From: a virus
Taxonomy: Duplodnaviria > Caudoviricetes
IMG/VR virus record: IMGVR_UViG_3300020044_002202
Span: 1 to 29,829 of that record
DNA: 29,829 nucleotides
Direction: 5' to 3' (one strand)
Below are positions 16,154-25,059 of the stretch, in pieces. The notes under the pieces are model-generated. The model searched no databases, was not told where the DNA came from, and was given only the letters and a program-made list of their open reading frames with translations. A program made the translations under genes and the position numbers. Within the stretch, counting starts at the first letter, position 1. Every line of letters starts with the position of its first letter.

Positions 16154-19100
16154 ATGCCTTCAACGCTTGTCTTAGGTGCAATTTATGGTGACATGATCTT
16201 GGCTGGTGCTGCTCTTGGCGCTACTGGAGTTGCTGTTGCTAGTTTTGCTATCAACATGGTTGCTTCATCAATCATTGCTAAAGCATTTTCTCCTGATTCA
16301 AATCAAAATTTTGCACAAGATCAACAAAATCCCGGTAGTCGCGCTCAAGTACCTCCCGCTGGAAGCAATAAATTGCCTGTGCTTTATGGCACTGGTTACA
16401 TTGGTGGCACGATTGTTGATTTAAGCATCACATCTGATAATCAGCAGCTTTATTACGTTTTGGCATTGTCTGAGGTAACGAACTCAGAAAATGGCAATAC
16501 TCCTGATGTATTTACTTTTGGCGATGTGTATTGGGGCGGTAAAAAAGTAATTTTCAATAGTACAAACCAATATTCTGTTGACAGTCTTTATGACGAATCA
16601 ACCGGTTTGTACGATACGTCTGTTGCTGGCAAGTTGGAAATTTACAAATATCGTAATGGTTCAAATACACCAACAAACTCAAGTCTGACCGCAATTCAGG
16701 TGATGCAAAGCTCTGGATTGGTTTACACATGGGATAGCACAAAGCTGATGAGCAATTGTGCTTTTGCTATTGTAAAAATTACATATAGCCAAAATGCTGG
16801 TTTGACTGGTATTCAACAAACCAAATTCCAATTAACAAACCCTCGATACAAACCGGGTGATTGTTTTCTGGATTACCTTACTTCTGAGCGATATGGTGCG
16901 GCTATTCCATTGGCGAACGTGGATACGGCAAGTCTTACGGCATTAAATACCTATTGTGATGGGTCGTTCACTTACACGCCATATACAGGCGGCTCCACAA
17001 CTCAAACTCGATTCCGTTTTGATGGTACGTTAGATACCATTCAAAAAATTATGACCAACTTGCAGATTTTGGCAACAAACTGCGATTGTTTGCTCAAATA
17101 CAATGAAATACAAGGTAAGTGGGGCGTAATTGTTCAATCGCCAACTTATTCCATCACCGCAAATTTGGATGATTCAGATATTATTTCTGGTATCCAAGTA
17201 ACTCCAATTGATATTTCTAGCAGTTTTAACATTGCAGAAGTTGCTTTCCCTGATGGAACAGCTAAAGATTCATTCAATACATCTACGTTTGATTTATCTG
17301 TAATCAATCCATCATTGATGTATCCGAATGAGCCTGTTAACAAACAATCAATTAACTTGCCATTGGTTAACAATGATGTGCGTGCTCAATATTTAGCTAA
17401 TCGTTTCTTGGAATCTGCCCGAGAAGATTTGCAAATTAAATTGACTGTAAACTTTGTTGGACTTCAATATGAAGCTGGCGATATTGTCACTTTAACAAAC
17501 GTAAACTATGGTTGGACTGCTAAGTTGTTTAGAGTTAGTCAGGTTGTAGAAAATTTTGCATCTGATGGCTCTATTACGGTGGCTCTTACATTGATGGAAT
17601 ACAACCCATTGGTGTATGACGATATGAACATTACGCAGTTCTCGCCATCTCCAAATACAGGCATTGGTTCGCCGTCTAACTTTGGCACATTGACAGCGCC
17701 AGTTGTGACGAACTTGCAGCCATCCATTACCAACCCTTCGTTTGGATTGGATGTGACCGCTGCAAGCTCCGGCATTACTCAGTACGCGGAAATCTGGTAT
17801 TCGGCCTATGCCACACCAACGGACGCGCAGCGTATCTTTGCTGGCACAACGGTTGTTAATCCCGGCGGCAATCCATTCACACCCGGCGCAAGCATGGGTA
17901 TTGTGACTTTATCCAATATTCCAAGCGGTGATTGGTATTTTGCTGTTCGCATGGTTAACGCCCTAAGTTCCAGCGCGTTTTCTTCGTCATCTTCTGTGTT
18001 GATGTGGCGTCCAACAACATTCCAATACGACAAGCGTTATCTTGTAGTGGCATACGCTACGGCGGCTGATGGCTCTGCTGGCTTCTCAGCATCGCCCACC
18101 AACACGTTCTACTACGGCTTGCTTAACTCCGATACATCGGGCTTTTCCAGCACCTACACAGACTACACGTGGTATTTAGCTCCTATCGCATTCAGCACCA
18201 ACGCATACTTGCTCTACACGAACCGTGGTGGCCGTAAATTCAGCTTTGCGAGTGGATTTGCGGGTTACGCTGCTGGCACAGCGCAATTCGTCCCAACATC
18301 AACCGCAACATACGACCCTTCGATCTGGAACGGCTTGCCCAACGGTTTAAATTCGATTGACTTGGATATGCGCACAGGCCAATTGATTGAGACAGGGACA
18401 ACCACCGTGGGCGCGGGTGAAATCGCTATCACCAATAACCCAGATGGCAAGGTTGTAGCATCGTTGGCTACGCTGCTTGATTTCGGTGCGGGTGTCCAAC
18501 AGTTGACGGGTTCGGCTTCGACGTTAACGATTGATGTTTATGGTCGCGTGCTTGGATTCACATCGCCAGACGGCTTCTACTATACACGTTATGCGGCTGT
18601 CGCTACTGCGGCCCAAACGGTGTTTACGCCCACCGCGCGTCAAGCAAACTACATCGTCGGTCAAGACTTGGTATTCCAGAACGGCGAGTTGCTGGACACG
18701 ACCGAGTACACCGAGAACAGCACAACAGTTACTCTTAATACCGGAGCCGCTGTTGGCGACAACATTACGATTCTGTCTATGCGTGCTGTGGCGCAGGGTA
18801 ACTCCTACGTGTCGCAAAACATCACTGTTGCATCTATTGCTACCAACGTGGTTACATACAACACGCAGCTTCCTTGGCAAAACATTGTGGCTGGCGACAT
18901 TCATACTTTCATCAACACTGGCACGCCGACACAATACACCGTGTCTGCGTATAACGCCGCGACAAAGCAAATCACATACTCGGCTACAGTGACGGGTGTA
19001 TCGGCAGGTGCGACGATTTATCAATACCGCACCACGGGCTTGAGTTATCGCGCATTTAGCCGTTGGACGGCCACCCTGACAAGCGCATCTTCCTACACGC

Positions 19101-19486
19101 CGACAACGTGGGCGTTCCACAGCGGCTACGAAAAGCTATTTATCAACGGCATCTCGTTAAGCGATGTGGACTACGACCTAGTGGCCGGAGCCTTGACGAA
19201 CTTCCCCGCAGCGGCTACGGGCAACTTAACGGTAATTCAGTTTAACGACAATAACCAGACAGTCCCGATTGGCGGGCAGACCGCCACATCCGTTAACTCT
19301 ACTTCCGGCGTATCAACGTACAACTACAACTTCAACGCGCTGGCATTTGAGCTTTACTATAATGGGCCGTTGCTGACAGAGACAAGCGATTACACTCTCG
19401 GCAGTGGTTCGTACACGCTTTCGGTTGCTCCGGCTGCGGCAAACCTTCTTCTTCAAACAACATACTCACGAACAGGTGCAGCATGA
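16154..19486 (+). CDS. Central tail fibre / tail tip protein (lambda J-like)
   Basis: LPVLYG, PGDCFLDYLTSERYGA, GLQYEAGDIVTL, FnIII-like WYFAVRMVN, repeated C-terminal modules. Confidence 0.85.
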   Translation: MPSTLVLGAIYGDMILAGAALGATGVAVASFAINMVASSIIAKAFSPDSNQNFAQDQQNPGSRAQVPPAGSNKLPVLYGTGYIGGTIVDLSITSDNQQLYYVLALSEVTNSENGNTPDVFTFGDVYWGGKKVIFNSTNQYSVDSLYDESTGLYDTSVAGKLEIYKYRNGSNTPTNSSLTAIQVMQSSGLVYTWDSTKLMSNCAFAIVKITYSQNAGLTGIQQTKFQLTNPRYKPGDCFLDYLTSERYGAAIPLANVDTASLTALNTYCDGSFTYTPYTGGSTTQTRFRFDGTLDTIQKIMTNLQILATNCDCLLKYNEIQGKWGVIVQSPTYSITANLDDSDIISGIQVTPIDISSSFNIAEVAFPDGTAKDSFNTSTFDLSVINPSLMYPNEPVNKQSINLPLVNNDVRAQYLANRFLESAREDLQIKLTVNFVGLQYEAGDIVTLTNVNYGWTAKLFRVSQVVENFASDGSITVALTLMEYNPLVYDDMNITQFSPSPNTGIGSPSNFGTLTAPVVTNLQPSITNPSFGLDVTAASSGITQYAEIWYSAYATPTDAQRIFAGTTVVNPGGNPFTPGASMGIVTLSNIPSGDWYFAVRMVNALSSSAFSSSSSVLMWRPTTFQYDKRYLVVAYATAADGSAGFSASPTNTFYYGLLNSDTSGFSSTYTDYTWYLAPIAFSTNAYLLYTNRGGRKFSFASGFAGYAAGTAQFVPTSTATYDPSIWNGLPNGLNSIDLDMRTGQLIETGTTTVGAGEIAITNNPDGKVVASLATLLDFGAGVQQLTGSASTLTIDVYGRVLGFTSPDGFYYTRYAAVATAAQTVFTPTARQANYIVGQDLVFQNGELLDTTEYTENSTTVTLNTGAAVGDNITILSMRAVAQGNSYVSQNITVASIATNVVTYNTQLPWQNIVAGDIHTFINTGTPTQYTVSAYNAATKQITYSATVTGVSAGATIYQYRTTGLSYRAFSRWTATLTSASSYTPTTWAFHSGYEKLFINGISLSDVDYDLVAGALTNFPAAATGNLTVIQFNDNNQTVPIGGQTATSVNSTSGVSTYNYNFNALAFELYYNGPLLTETSDYTLGSGSYTLSVAPAAANLLLQTTYSRTGAA

Positions 19487-20346
19487 CCCAAGCCTTCAAT
19501 TTGGCGTTATTCGCCAACAACCTTAACACTGCGGGAAAGTTAAACGCTGCGGCGGGTTTGTATAACGCCACACCAGTCGCCAACGGTGGGACTGGACTGG
19601 CTACATTAACAACAAATAACATTCTGGTGGGAGCAGGCACAGCTAACGTAACCTTTTTAGCGCCGGGCGTAAGTGGCACAACACTTTTGTCAAACGGTAC
19701 GACTTGGACAGTTGCCGCATCTCCTTATTCTGGAAATCGAGGACAGGTTTTTACAACAAGTGGCACATTCACTATTCCCGCTGGCGTTAGCTCTCTAAAA
19801 GTTACTGTTGTTGCTGGCGGTGGCGGTGGCGGTGGCCTTGCAAACGTAAATCCTTGCGTTACTTCGTTTACGCAAAGCGGCGCGGGAGGCGGTGGCGGCG
19901 CGGCTATTAAATATTTAACAAGCGTTAGCGGTGGACTGACTTTGGCTATTACCGTAGGGGCAGCGGGGGCGGGCGGTTCATCTGGAGGTGGAAACGGTGG
20001 TACAGGTGGAACATCATCGGTTGCTTCCGGGACTCAAGCCATTACCACGGTTTCGACCACTGGCGGTAGTGGCGGTATAGGCGGTAATTCCAGCGGAGGA
20101 GGAGGGGGTGGAGGGGCTGGAGCTGCCGCCTCGGGGGGCGATTTGAATATGACTGGAACATCCGGGCAATCCTCCAATGCTTCGGGAGGTGTAGTTGGAG
20201 CTGGCGGTAATTGTTCTATGTTTGTTGGGGCTGGCCCAACCTCTGGCGCTGGCCTTTCTTATGGCGCAGGTGGCGGAGGGAGAGTATCATCTGTTGCTGC
20301 TGCCGGATATGCTGGTTCTCAAGGTTTAGTTATTATTGAATGGTGA
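19483..20346 (+). CDS. Tail fibre protein with glycine-rich domain
   Basis: PVANGGTG fibre repeat, VFTTSGTFTIPAGV..LKVTVVAGGGGGGG, terminal GLVIIEW. Confidence 0.75.
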   Translation: MTQAFNLALFANNLNTAGKLNAAAGLYNATPVANGGTGLATLTTNNILVGAGTANVTFLAPGVSGTTLLSNGTTWTVAASPYSGNRGQVFTTSGTFTIPAGVSSLKVTVVAGGGGGGGLANVNPCVTSFTQSGAGGGGGAAIKYLTSVSGGLTLAITVGAAGAGGSSGGGNGGTGGTSSVASGTQAITTVSTTGGSGGIGGNSSGGGGGGGAGAAASGGDLNMTGTSGQSSNASGGVVGAGGNCSMFVGAGPTSGAGLSYGAGGGGRVSSVAAAGYAGSQGLVIIEW

Positions 20347-20349
20347 AGC

Positions 20350-20580
20350 ATGAAAGCACTTATATCTAAAATTGAATCCCGTGAATCTGGATTCCGCGTG
20401 GCTCAAATTGAATTAGACGAAAACATTTTTGATGTTGCCAAAGATTTTGAATGGGTTGATTGTCCGGATGATCTTATTGCGGATTCCAAATGGTTTGACC
20501 CATCAACAAACTTGTTTAAAGATTTTCCAGAAGCAATTGTTATGTCCCAACCTGTCAGCCAAGGTGCTCAAACGCTATGA
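20350..20580 (+). CDS. Hypothetical fibre-associated protein (possible chaperone)
   Basis: Small acidic ORF (FEWVDCPDD) directly after the fibre gene. Confidence 0.65.
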   Translation: MKALISKIESRESGFRVAQIELDENIFDVAKDFEWVDCPDDLIADSKWFDPSTNLFKDFPEAIVMSQPVSQGAQTL

Positions 20581-20858
20581 CGCAAACAGTTTCGCCTGTG
20601 CATCAAGTCGCCTATGACGGTGCAGCCTTGAACGTGTATCACGCGGCCAAGGGCGAGGGCTTGCCACGCCACGAGCACCTCTACGCACACCTCACGATGT
20701 GTCATGCAGGATCTTTAATCGTGCGCAAAGAAGGCCGCGAGCTGGTGATGACCAAGCACACCCAGCCTGTAAATTTAGTCGCAAATGAATGGCACGAAAT
20801 TGAGGCTTTAGAGGACAATACGGTATTCGTAAATGTCTTTGCCGAAGGAAAATACTGA
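20577..20858 (+). CDS. Cupin-fold protein
   Basis: GLPRHEHLYAHLTMCHAGSL...ANEWHEIEALED..FVNV carries cupin motif 1 and 2 histidines. Confidence 0.85.
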   Translation: MTQTVSPVHQVAYDGAALNVYHAAKGEGLPRHEHLYAHLTMCHAGSLIVRKEGRELVMTKHTQPVNLVANEWHEIEALEDNTVFVNVFAEGKY

Positions 20859-21553
20859 TGGCTGTCCCATATGCTAGAGATAGGTCAATCTTTCGATCTT
20901 CCTACAATCCCAACGTAGGGACGACAGAAGCTACCATTTGGCCTAAAAATACAACGTATGTATTTCCTTCATCGGCTGGGCATATGATGCTTTACAGCTC
21001 ATCCGCAACAGACACAACCCAACTTGTGTTGATTGATGGCCTTGATGTTAATTACGCCGAGATTTCAGAAGTTTTGCCGCTTAATGGACATACAGGGACT
21101 CAAACTGTTCTTGAGTATCTCCGTGTCAACACCATGACTGTTCTTACAGACAGTCCTCAAGGTAATATTTCGTTGGGTACTGGTGTGGCAACTTTGGGTG
21201 TTCCCGCCAACACATACGCATATATCAATGCTGGTGACAATATAACCAATGCCGCCGTCTACACGGTTCCTGCTGGCTATACCCTTCGTCTTTCATCTGG
21301 TTCAATTTCCGCTGGCGGCTCTACTGGTTCGCAGACTGTAACGGCAAAATTTCGCAGTCGAATCAATGGTGTCCTATATCTTACGGCAAACATTTCAATT
21401 GCCAACAACTACCAATTTTTCCCATATAACCCTCCCTTAGACCTTCCTGAAAAGACGGATGTTTACAACAATGCTTCTACAAGCTCAAACGTATCATCCG
21501 TGTCTGCAACATTCAATGGTTGGTTAGTCAAAAACAACATTGTGAGAAACTGA
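20858..21553 (+). CDS. Hypothetical virion-associated protein
   Basis: 231-aa Ser/Thr-rich beta protein with a YTVPAGYT motif, in the late operon. Confidence 0.65.
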   Translation: MAVPYARDRSIFRSSYNPNVGTTEATIWPKNTTYVFPSSAGHMMLYSSSATDTTQLVLIDGLDVNYAEISEVLPLNGHTGTQTVLEYLRVNTMTVLTDSPQGNISLGTGVATLGVPANTYAYINAGDNITNAAVYTVPAGYTLRLSSGSISAGGSTGSQTVTAKFRSRINGVLYLTANISIANNYQFFPYNPPLDLPEKTDVYNNASTSSNVSSVSATFNGWLVKNNIVRN

Positions 21554-21554
21554 A

Positions 21555-21737
21555 ATGGCAACAATTAACGCAACAGACGCCCGTTTAAATTCGCATGAAG
21601 AAGTCTGTGCAATGCGGTATGAGCAAATCAATGCTCGTCTGAAACGCCTTGAGTCCGTCATCATCAAAGCATTTGGAATTATGACTGTAGGCATGGCCGG
21701 GGTAATCTGGTCAACCTTACTTCCTCACGTTAAGTGA
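21555..21737 (+). CDS. Small coiled-coil plus single-TM protein (XhlA-like lysis-region protein)
   Basis: HEEVCAMRYEQINARLKRLE followed by a hydrophobic helix. Confidence 0.7.
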   Translation: MATINATDARLNSHEEVCAMRYEQINARLKRLESVIIKAFGIMTVGMAGVIWSTLLPHVK

Positions 21738-21738
21738 T

Positions 21739-22452
21739 GTGCTTGACCCAATCACAATTGGGTTAGCTATTAAGGCAATGCAGGGTGCTTTTCATGGCAT
21801 CCAGTATTGTTGTGAGGCTTTGTCAGACGGCAAAGTTCAAGTCCAGAAAATCAAGAAGGCAGCGGAAGATGCTCAAGCCATCGTAAAAGAGGTCAAGGGC
21901 ATTTGGGCGCTAATTAGTGGAGTCTTTAAACCAAAGCAGGCTCCACAACCTGTTTTGCAGAGTCCAGCGATTCCACAACAAAAGCCCAAGGAAGTGTTCA
22001 TCAAGCACATCCCAACAGAGGCTGAGATTGTTCAACAGTTTGTAACTCATGTTGGTGACTTCTATCACCATCATTTCGAACTGTCGGAGTTATACGATAC
22101 GAAGTCAGAGGAGGTCTATGCAATGGATAGACCAGACCCGCGAGACATCCTAATACTCTCTCGAATCAGGCACGAGATTGATGGCTCGTATATGAAGATG
22201 AGCGGGATGATGCGCGGCGCTCATGTCCCGCCTCAACTTGGCCCATTGTGGGACAACTTTAACAAGATATACGAAAATGCCAAAGAGAAACAAGCCGCAA
22301 GGCGTGAACGTGAACGTATCAGGAAACAGCAAGAGTCATGGCTACACGAGGAGGAATATCTGGAAAGGGTAGAACTAACAGCGGCAGTGTTTCTAACCTT
22401 GCTGTTCGTTCTGGAGCTGTGGGCCGTATGGATAAACTCATTTATAGATTGA
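21739..22452 (+). CDS. Hypothetical helical protein with C-terminal TM anchor
   Basis: 237 aa. DPITI N-terminus, charged coiled coil, then TAAVFLTLLFVLELWAVWI. Confidence 0.7.
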   Translation: MLDPITIGLAIKAMQGAFHGIQYCCEALSDGKVQVQKIKKAAEDAQAIVKEVKGIWALISGVFKPKQAPQPVLQSPAIPQQKPKEVFIKHIPTEAEIVQQFVTHVGDFYHHHFELSELYDTKSEEVYAMDRPDPRDILILSRIRHEIDGSYMKMSGMMRGAHVPPQLGPLWDNFNKIYENAKEKQAARRERERIRKQQESWLHEEEYLERVELTAAVFLTLLFVLELWAVWINSFID

Positions 22453-22622
22453 TTGTGGGATTGACTTGCCTGATATTGGCAATCGTACTCATAGTCACTC
22501 CAATCGTCACCAAGATGTTCATTGAGATGGATAGGCGCGACAAGCGCATGGCAGAGCTGGAGAAAAGGTTACAGAAAAAGATAGAACAGTTTGAACAACC
22601 TGAACTACCGAAAGGCGAATGA
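22428..22622 (+). CDS. Small N-terminal TM plus coiled-coil protein
   Basis: GGAG at 22413, ATG at 22428. LIVGLTCLILAIVLIVTPIV followed by a charged helix. Confidence 0.6.
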   Translation: MDKLIYRLIVGLTCLILAIVLIVTPIVTKMFIEMDRRDKRMAELEKRLQKKIEQFEQPELPKGE

Positions 22623-23125
22623 TGCTATCTTTATTCTCAACCCTTGGCGGCTTGCTGCTGTCCATGTTTCCCAAACTGATTGAACTGTTCCAGAACAAAA
22701 ACGATCAAAAGCACGAAGCTGAACTAGCTCGTATTCAAACAGAACGTGAACTAGCTTTGGCCGCGGCTGGTTTTGCTGCTCAAGCCAAGATTGAAGAAGT
22801 CCGCACAGACCAAGTTTCAATTCAAGCTGATGCGGCTATGACTCAAGCAGCCTATGCGCATGACGCAAAGGTGCTGGAGAAGGCGGCAAGCTGGGTTTCA
22901 ACCTACGTTGGTACTGTGCGACCTACCATCACCTATTTGTTTGTCCTAGAGCTTGTATTCATCAATGCCGGTCTTGGCTACTATGTTTGGTGTCATCCAG
23001 AGATGATTAAGAGTGTTGATGACCTCATCCGAATTGGTAATGAAATATTTAGCGATGATGAGATGGCTATGCTTGGGTCAATTGTGGGATATTGGTTCGG
23101 TTCTCGCGGCATGAGCAAAAAATGA
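22619..23125 (+). CDS. Putative holin (GTA 3TM-holin-like)
   Basis: Hydrophobic segments with WV....GTVRPTITYLF and IVGYWFGSR motifs. Lies upstream of the lysozyme. Confidence 0.65.
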   Translation: MMLSLFSTLGGLLLSMFPKLIELFQNKNDQKHEAELARIQTERELALAAAGFAAQAKIEEVRTDQVSIQADAAMTQAAYAHDAKVLEKAASWVSTYVGTVRPTITYLFVLELVFINAGLGYYVWCHPEMIKSVDDLIRIGNEIFSDDEMAMLGSIVGYWFGSRGMSKK

Positions 23126-23126
23126 T

Positions 23127-23681
23127 TTACTCAATGAGGCTTGCCCAACGCTTGCCTTTTTGAATTAAGTAAATCGTTGATGGGTTGACATCTGCAATGA
23201 TTGACAACGAATTTGCTGAAACGCCCTTTTCAAGAGCTTTTCTGATGTGAATGACTTGCTTTGCAGATAGTTTGTGATTTGGCTGTTTCTCTCCTGTCAA
23301 ATCATTTAATCCAGTTTCTCTTGCGTGTTTGTTATTGTCGGATAGAGTCATCCACTCTAGGTTCTCTGGCCTATTGTCTGTCTTTACCCCGTTAATATGA
23401 TTTACGCAAAGATGAGACTCATACCCATCAACAAAAGCTCTTGCTATAAGTCTGTGAACGGCAACTTTTGGTCGCTTGTCGCCAATTTTTGCGGAAACAT
23501 ACATATAGCCGTTTCTATCAAGACATTGAGACATCTTTTTTTCTTTGACATTTTTCTTAAATTCTTGAGTTACGCCTTTTCTGACTCGCGTTGTTTTGCT
23601 TACAAATGCGGCCCTGTAAATAGAGCCATCATTGCAAACAATCCAATCAGCGCCTTTTTCGGAGATGTGTACTTTAATCAT
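23127..23681 (-). CDS. HNH homing endonuclease (HNH_3 type) with C-terminal HTH
   Basis: VHRLIARAF...VNHINGVKTDNRPENLEW...N..H, and a C-terminal KLSAKQV..IR...VNPSTIYLI...W. Confidence 0.9.
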   Translation of the reverse strand: MIKVHISEKGADWIVCNDGSIYRAAFVSKTTRVRKGVTQEFKKNVKEKKMSQCLDRNGYMYVSAKIGDKRPKVAVHRLIARAFVDGYESHLCVNHINGVKTDNRPENLEWMTLSDNNKHARETGLNDLTGEKQPNHKLSAKQVIHIRKALEKGVSANSLSIIADVNPSTIYLIQKGKRWASLIE

Positions 23682-23687
23682 GTCAGT

Positions 23688-23696
23688 ATTGTAGCA
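23688..23696 (-). promoter_or_regulatory. Extended -10 promoter for the HNH gene
   Basis: TG-c-TACAAT on the minus strand, 6 nt upstream of ATG 23681. Confidence 0.5.
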
Positions 23697-23716
23697 TGAC
23701 ACAGATAGGATACAAA

Positions 23717-24238
23717 ATGAATATCAGCACAAAAGGAATAGACCTCATCAAATACTATGAGGGAGTGAGAAACAAGCCGTATTTATGTGCGGCAAACATT
23801 TGGACGATTGGTGTTGGTTCTGTGCTTTATCAAGAGCAGATAAGGCTTCCAATGGTTAGAAAAGAAAGCTACGCTGGTTTGATTCGCAATGAGTTTCCAT
23901 TAAAACAGGAGCATAACCGTGTATGGTCTAAAGAAGAAATCGACTCGCTATTCCGACATGACCTCACTTCTTTTGAACGTGGTGTTCTTAGACTTGCTCC
24001 CAATTTGGTTGGTCGTCAAGGTGCTTTCGACGCTTGCGTTGCGTTTTCCTTCAATGTCGGATTGGGGAATTTTCAGCGGTCTACTATTCGGATGAAGATT
24101 GGCAGAGAAGAATGGGATGCCGCATCTGAGGCGTTTATGAGCTGGACAAAGGCAGGTGGAAAAGAGCTGCGTGGCCTTGTGCTTCGTCGCACCGCTGAAC
24201 GCAAGCTCTTTGATTCGTCTATCGAGAAAGAATCTTAA
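23717..24238 (+). CDS. Endolysin, GH24 phage lysozyme
   Basis: Catalytic E-x8-C-x5-T (YEGVRNKPYLCAANIWTIG), FSFNVG, GLVLRRTAERKLF. No SAR or signal segment visible. Confidence 0.93.
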   Translation: MNISTKGIDLIKYYEGVRNKPYLCAANIWTIGVGSVLYQEQIRLPMVRKESYAGLIRNEFPLKQEHNRVWSKEEIDSLFRHDLTSFERGVLRLAPNLVGRQGAFDACVAFSFNVGLGNFQRSTIRMKIGREEWDAASEAFMSWTKAGGKELRGLVLRRTAERKLFDSSIEKES

Positions 24239-24314
24239 TTGCAATCAAGAATGACGCAACACTGAGTGTCACGATTACAAACATAAACCCGATAAGGTTA
24301 ATGACGTTTTCCAA
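24219..24314 (-). CDS. 31-aa single-TM microprotein (not in ORF track)
   Basis: AAGGAG 7 nt before TTG. Translates as MENVINLIGFMFVIVTLSVASFLIAIKILSR. Confidence 0.55.
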   Translation of the reverse strand: MENVINLIGFMFVIVTLSVASFLIAIKILSR

Positions 24315-24459
24315 GATTGTGCTCCTTTGCTTCGCCTAATGTGTCAAAGTATTCATCGCAAACCTTGCATCGCCATACGATTTGTCGTGTGATCTTTGCA
24401 AGGTTTTGTTGTCTACCCTGAAAGCCGGTCAGAACCCTTGAGTCGCCTCTTAGAGCCAT
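24298..24459 (-). CDS. Small protein with C2H2-like zinc finger
   Basis: WRCKVCDEYFDTLGEAKEHNLGKRH matches C-x2-C-x3-F-x8-H-x5-H. Confidence 0.6.
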   Translation of the reverse strand: MALRGDSRVLTGFQGRQQNLAKITRQIVWRCKVCDEYFDTLGEAKEHNLGKRH

Positions 24460-24652
24460 TACTGACTCTATGTTTGTTGGCAATCTTTGCTTGGTTAATT
24501 TGTTCACAGGCTTGCGCAAAAAAGTCTAAGTCACCTTCCAAGTTTAACTTAGGTGGAGGTTTTCTCCACCCCACTTGACGGCCCCTCGGCTTCGGTTCCG
24601 GCTTCACTTCCGGTTTCGGCCATGGGGCGTTCGGCGCTAAGACTGTTTTCAT
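24413..24652 (-). CDS. Hypothetical Pro/Lys-rich protein
   Basis: MKTVLAPNAPWPKPEVKPEPKPRGRQ, within the early operon. Confidence 0.5.
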   Translation of the reverse strand: MKTVLAPNAPWPKPEVKPEPKPRGRQVGWRKPPPKLNLEGDLDFFAQACEQINQAKIANKHRVSNGSKRRLKGSDRLSG

Positions 24653-24740
24653 TTTTCTTCCCAAAGATTGCTTCAAATTGTTTTGCGAATGTATCGTGAC
24701 CAACGCTGAATGGCCGTGGTGCGCTTCCTTTGCCACTCAT
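24549..24740 (-). CDS. Hypothetical small protein
   Basis: ATGA overlap with the upstream gene. Starts MSGKGSAPRPFSV. Confidence 0.55.
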   Translation of the reverse strand: MSGKGSAPRPFSVGHDTFAKQFEAIFGKKNENSLSAERPMAETGSEAGTEAEGPSSGVEKTST

Positions 24741-25000
24741 TTTTTCACCTTTGGCGCTCCGGCCTTTGAGTAGATATGGAATTCAGTGACGGCGGTAGAC
24801 ACTCGCTTTTTAGTCTTGGGCACGACATTGATTGTGTTCACTGTTGAGCCGTGAACACTCTCTCTTGTTGCGCGAGACAGGCCGCCAAACTTTGTGCCAT
24901 TGGCTCTTTGAATTGCCTCTTTGCGAATCGTGGACATGAATTCAGGCATATACGTTTCGACGTAGGCGGGGTGGAATGCGTTAATCACGAAAGAATCCAA
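24737..25000 (-). CDS. Hypothetical protein
   Basis: 87-aa ORF in the tightly packed leftward operon. Start uncertain. Confidence 0.55.
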   Translation of the reverse strand: MDSFVINAFHPAYVETYMPEFMSTIRKEAIQRANGTKFGGLSRATRESVHGSTVNTINVVPKTKKRVSTAVTEFHIYSKAGAPKVKK

Positions 25001-25059
25001 TCTATAAAAGCAGCAGCTAAAACAAGCATGAAAAGTAAATGGGTATCAGTTATTGGCAT
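24985..25059 (-). CDS. 24-aa hydrophobic microprotein
   Basis: AAGGA 7 nt before ATG. Translates as MPITDTHLLFMLVLAAAFIDWILS. Confidence 0.5.
   Translation of the reverse strand: MPITDTHLLFMLVLAAAFIDWILS

Noticed and set aside
19810-20300. GGC/GGT low-complexity repeats
   Set aside because: Explained by poly-Gly coding in the fibre. Not a CRISPR array or regulatory repeat.
24239-24297. Bidirectional terminator at the convergence of late and early operons
   Set aside because: Only a 4-bp ACAC/GTGT stem with no U-tract. The interval is better explained by the 31-aa TM ORF.
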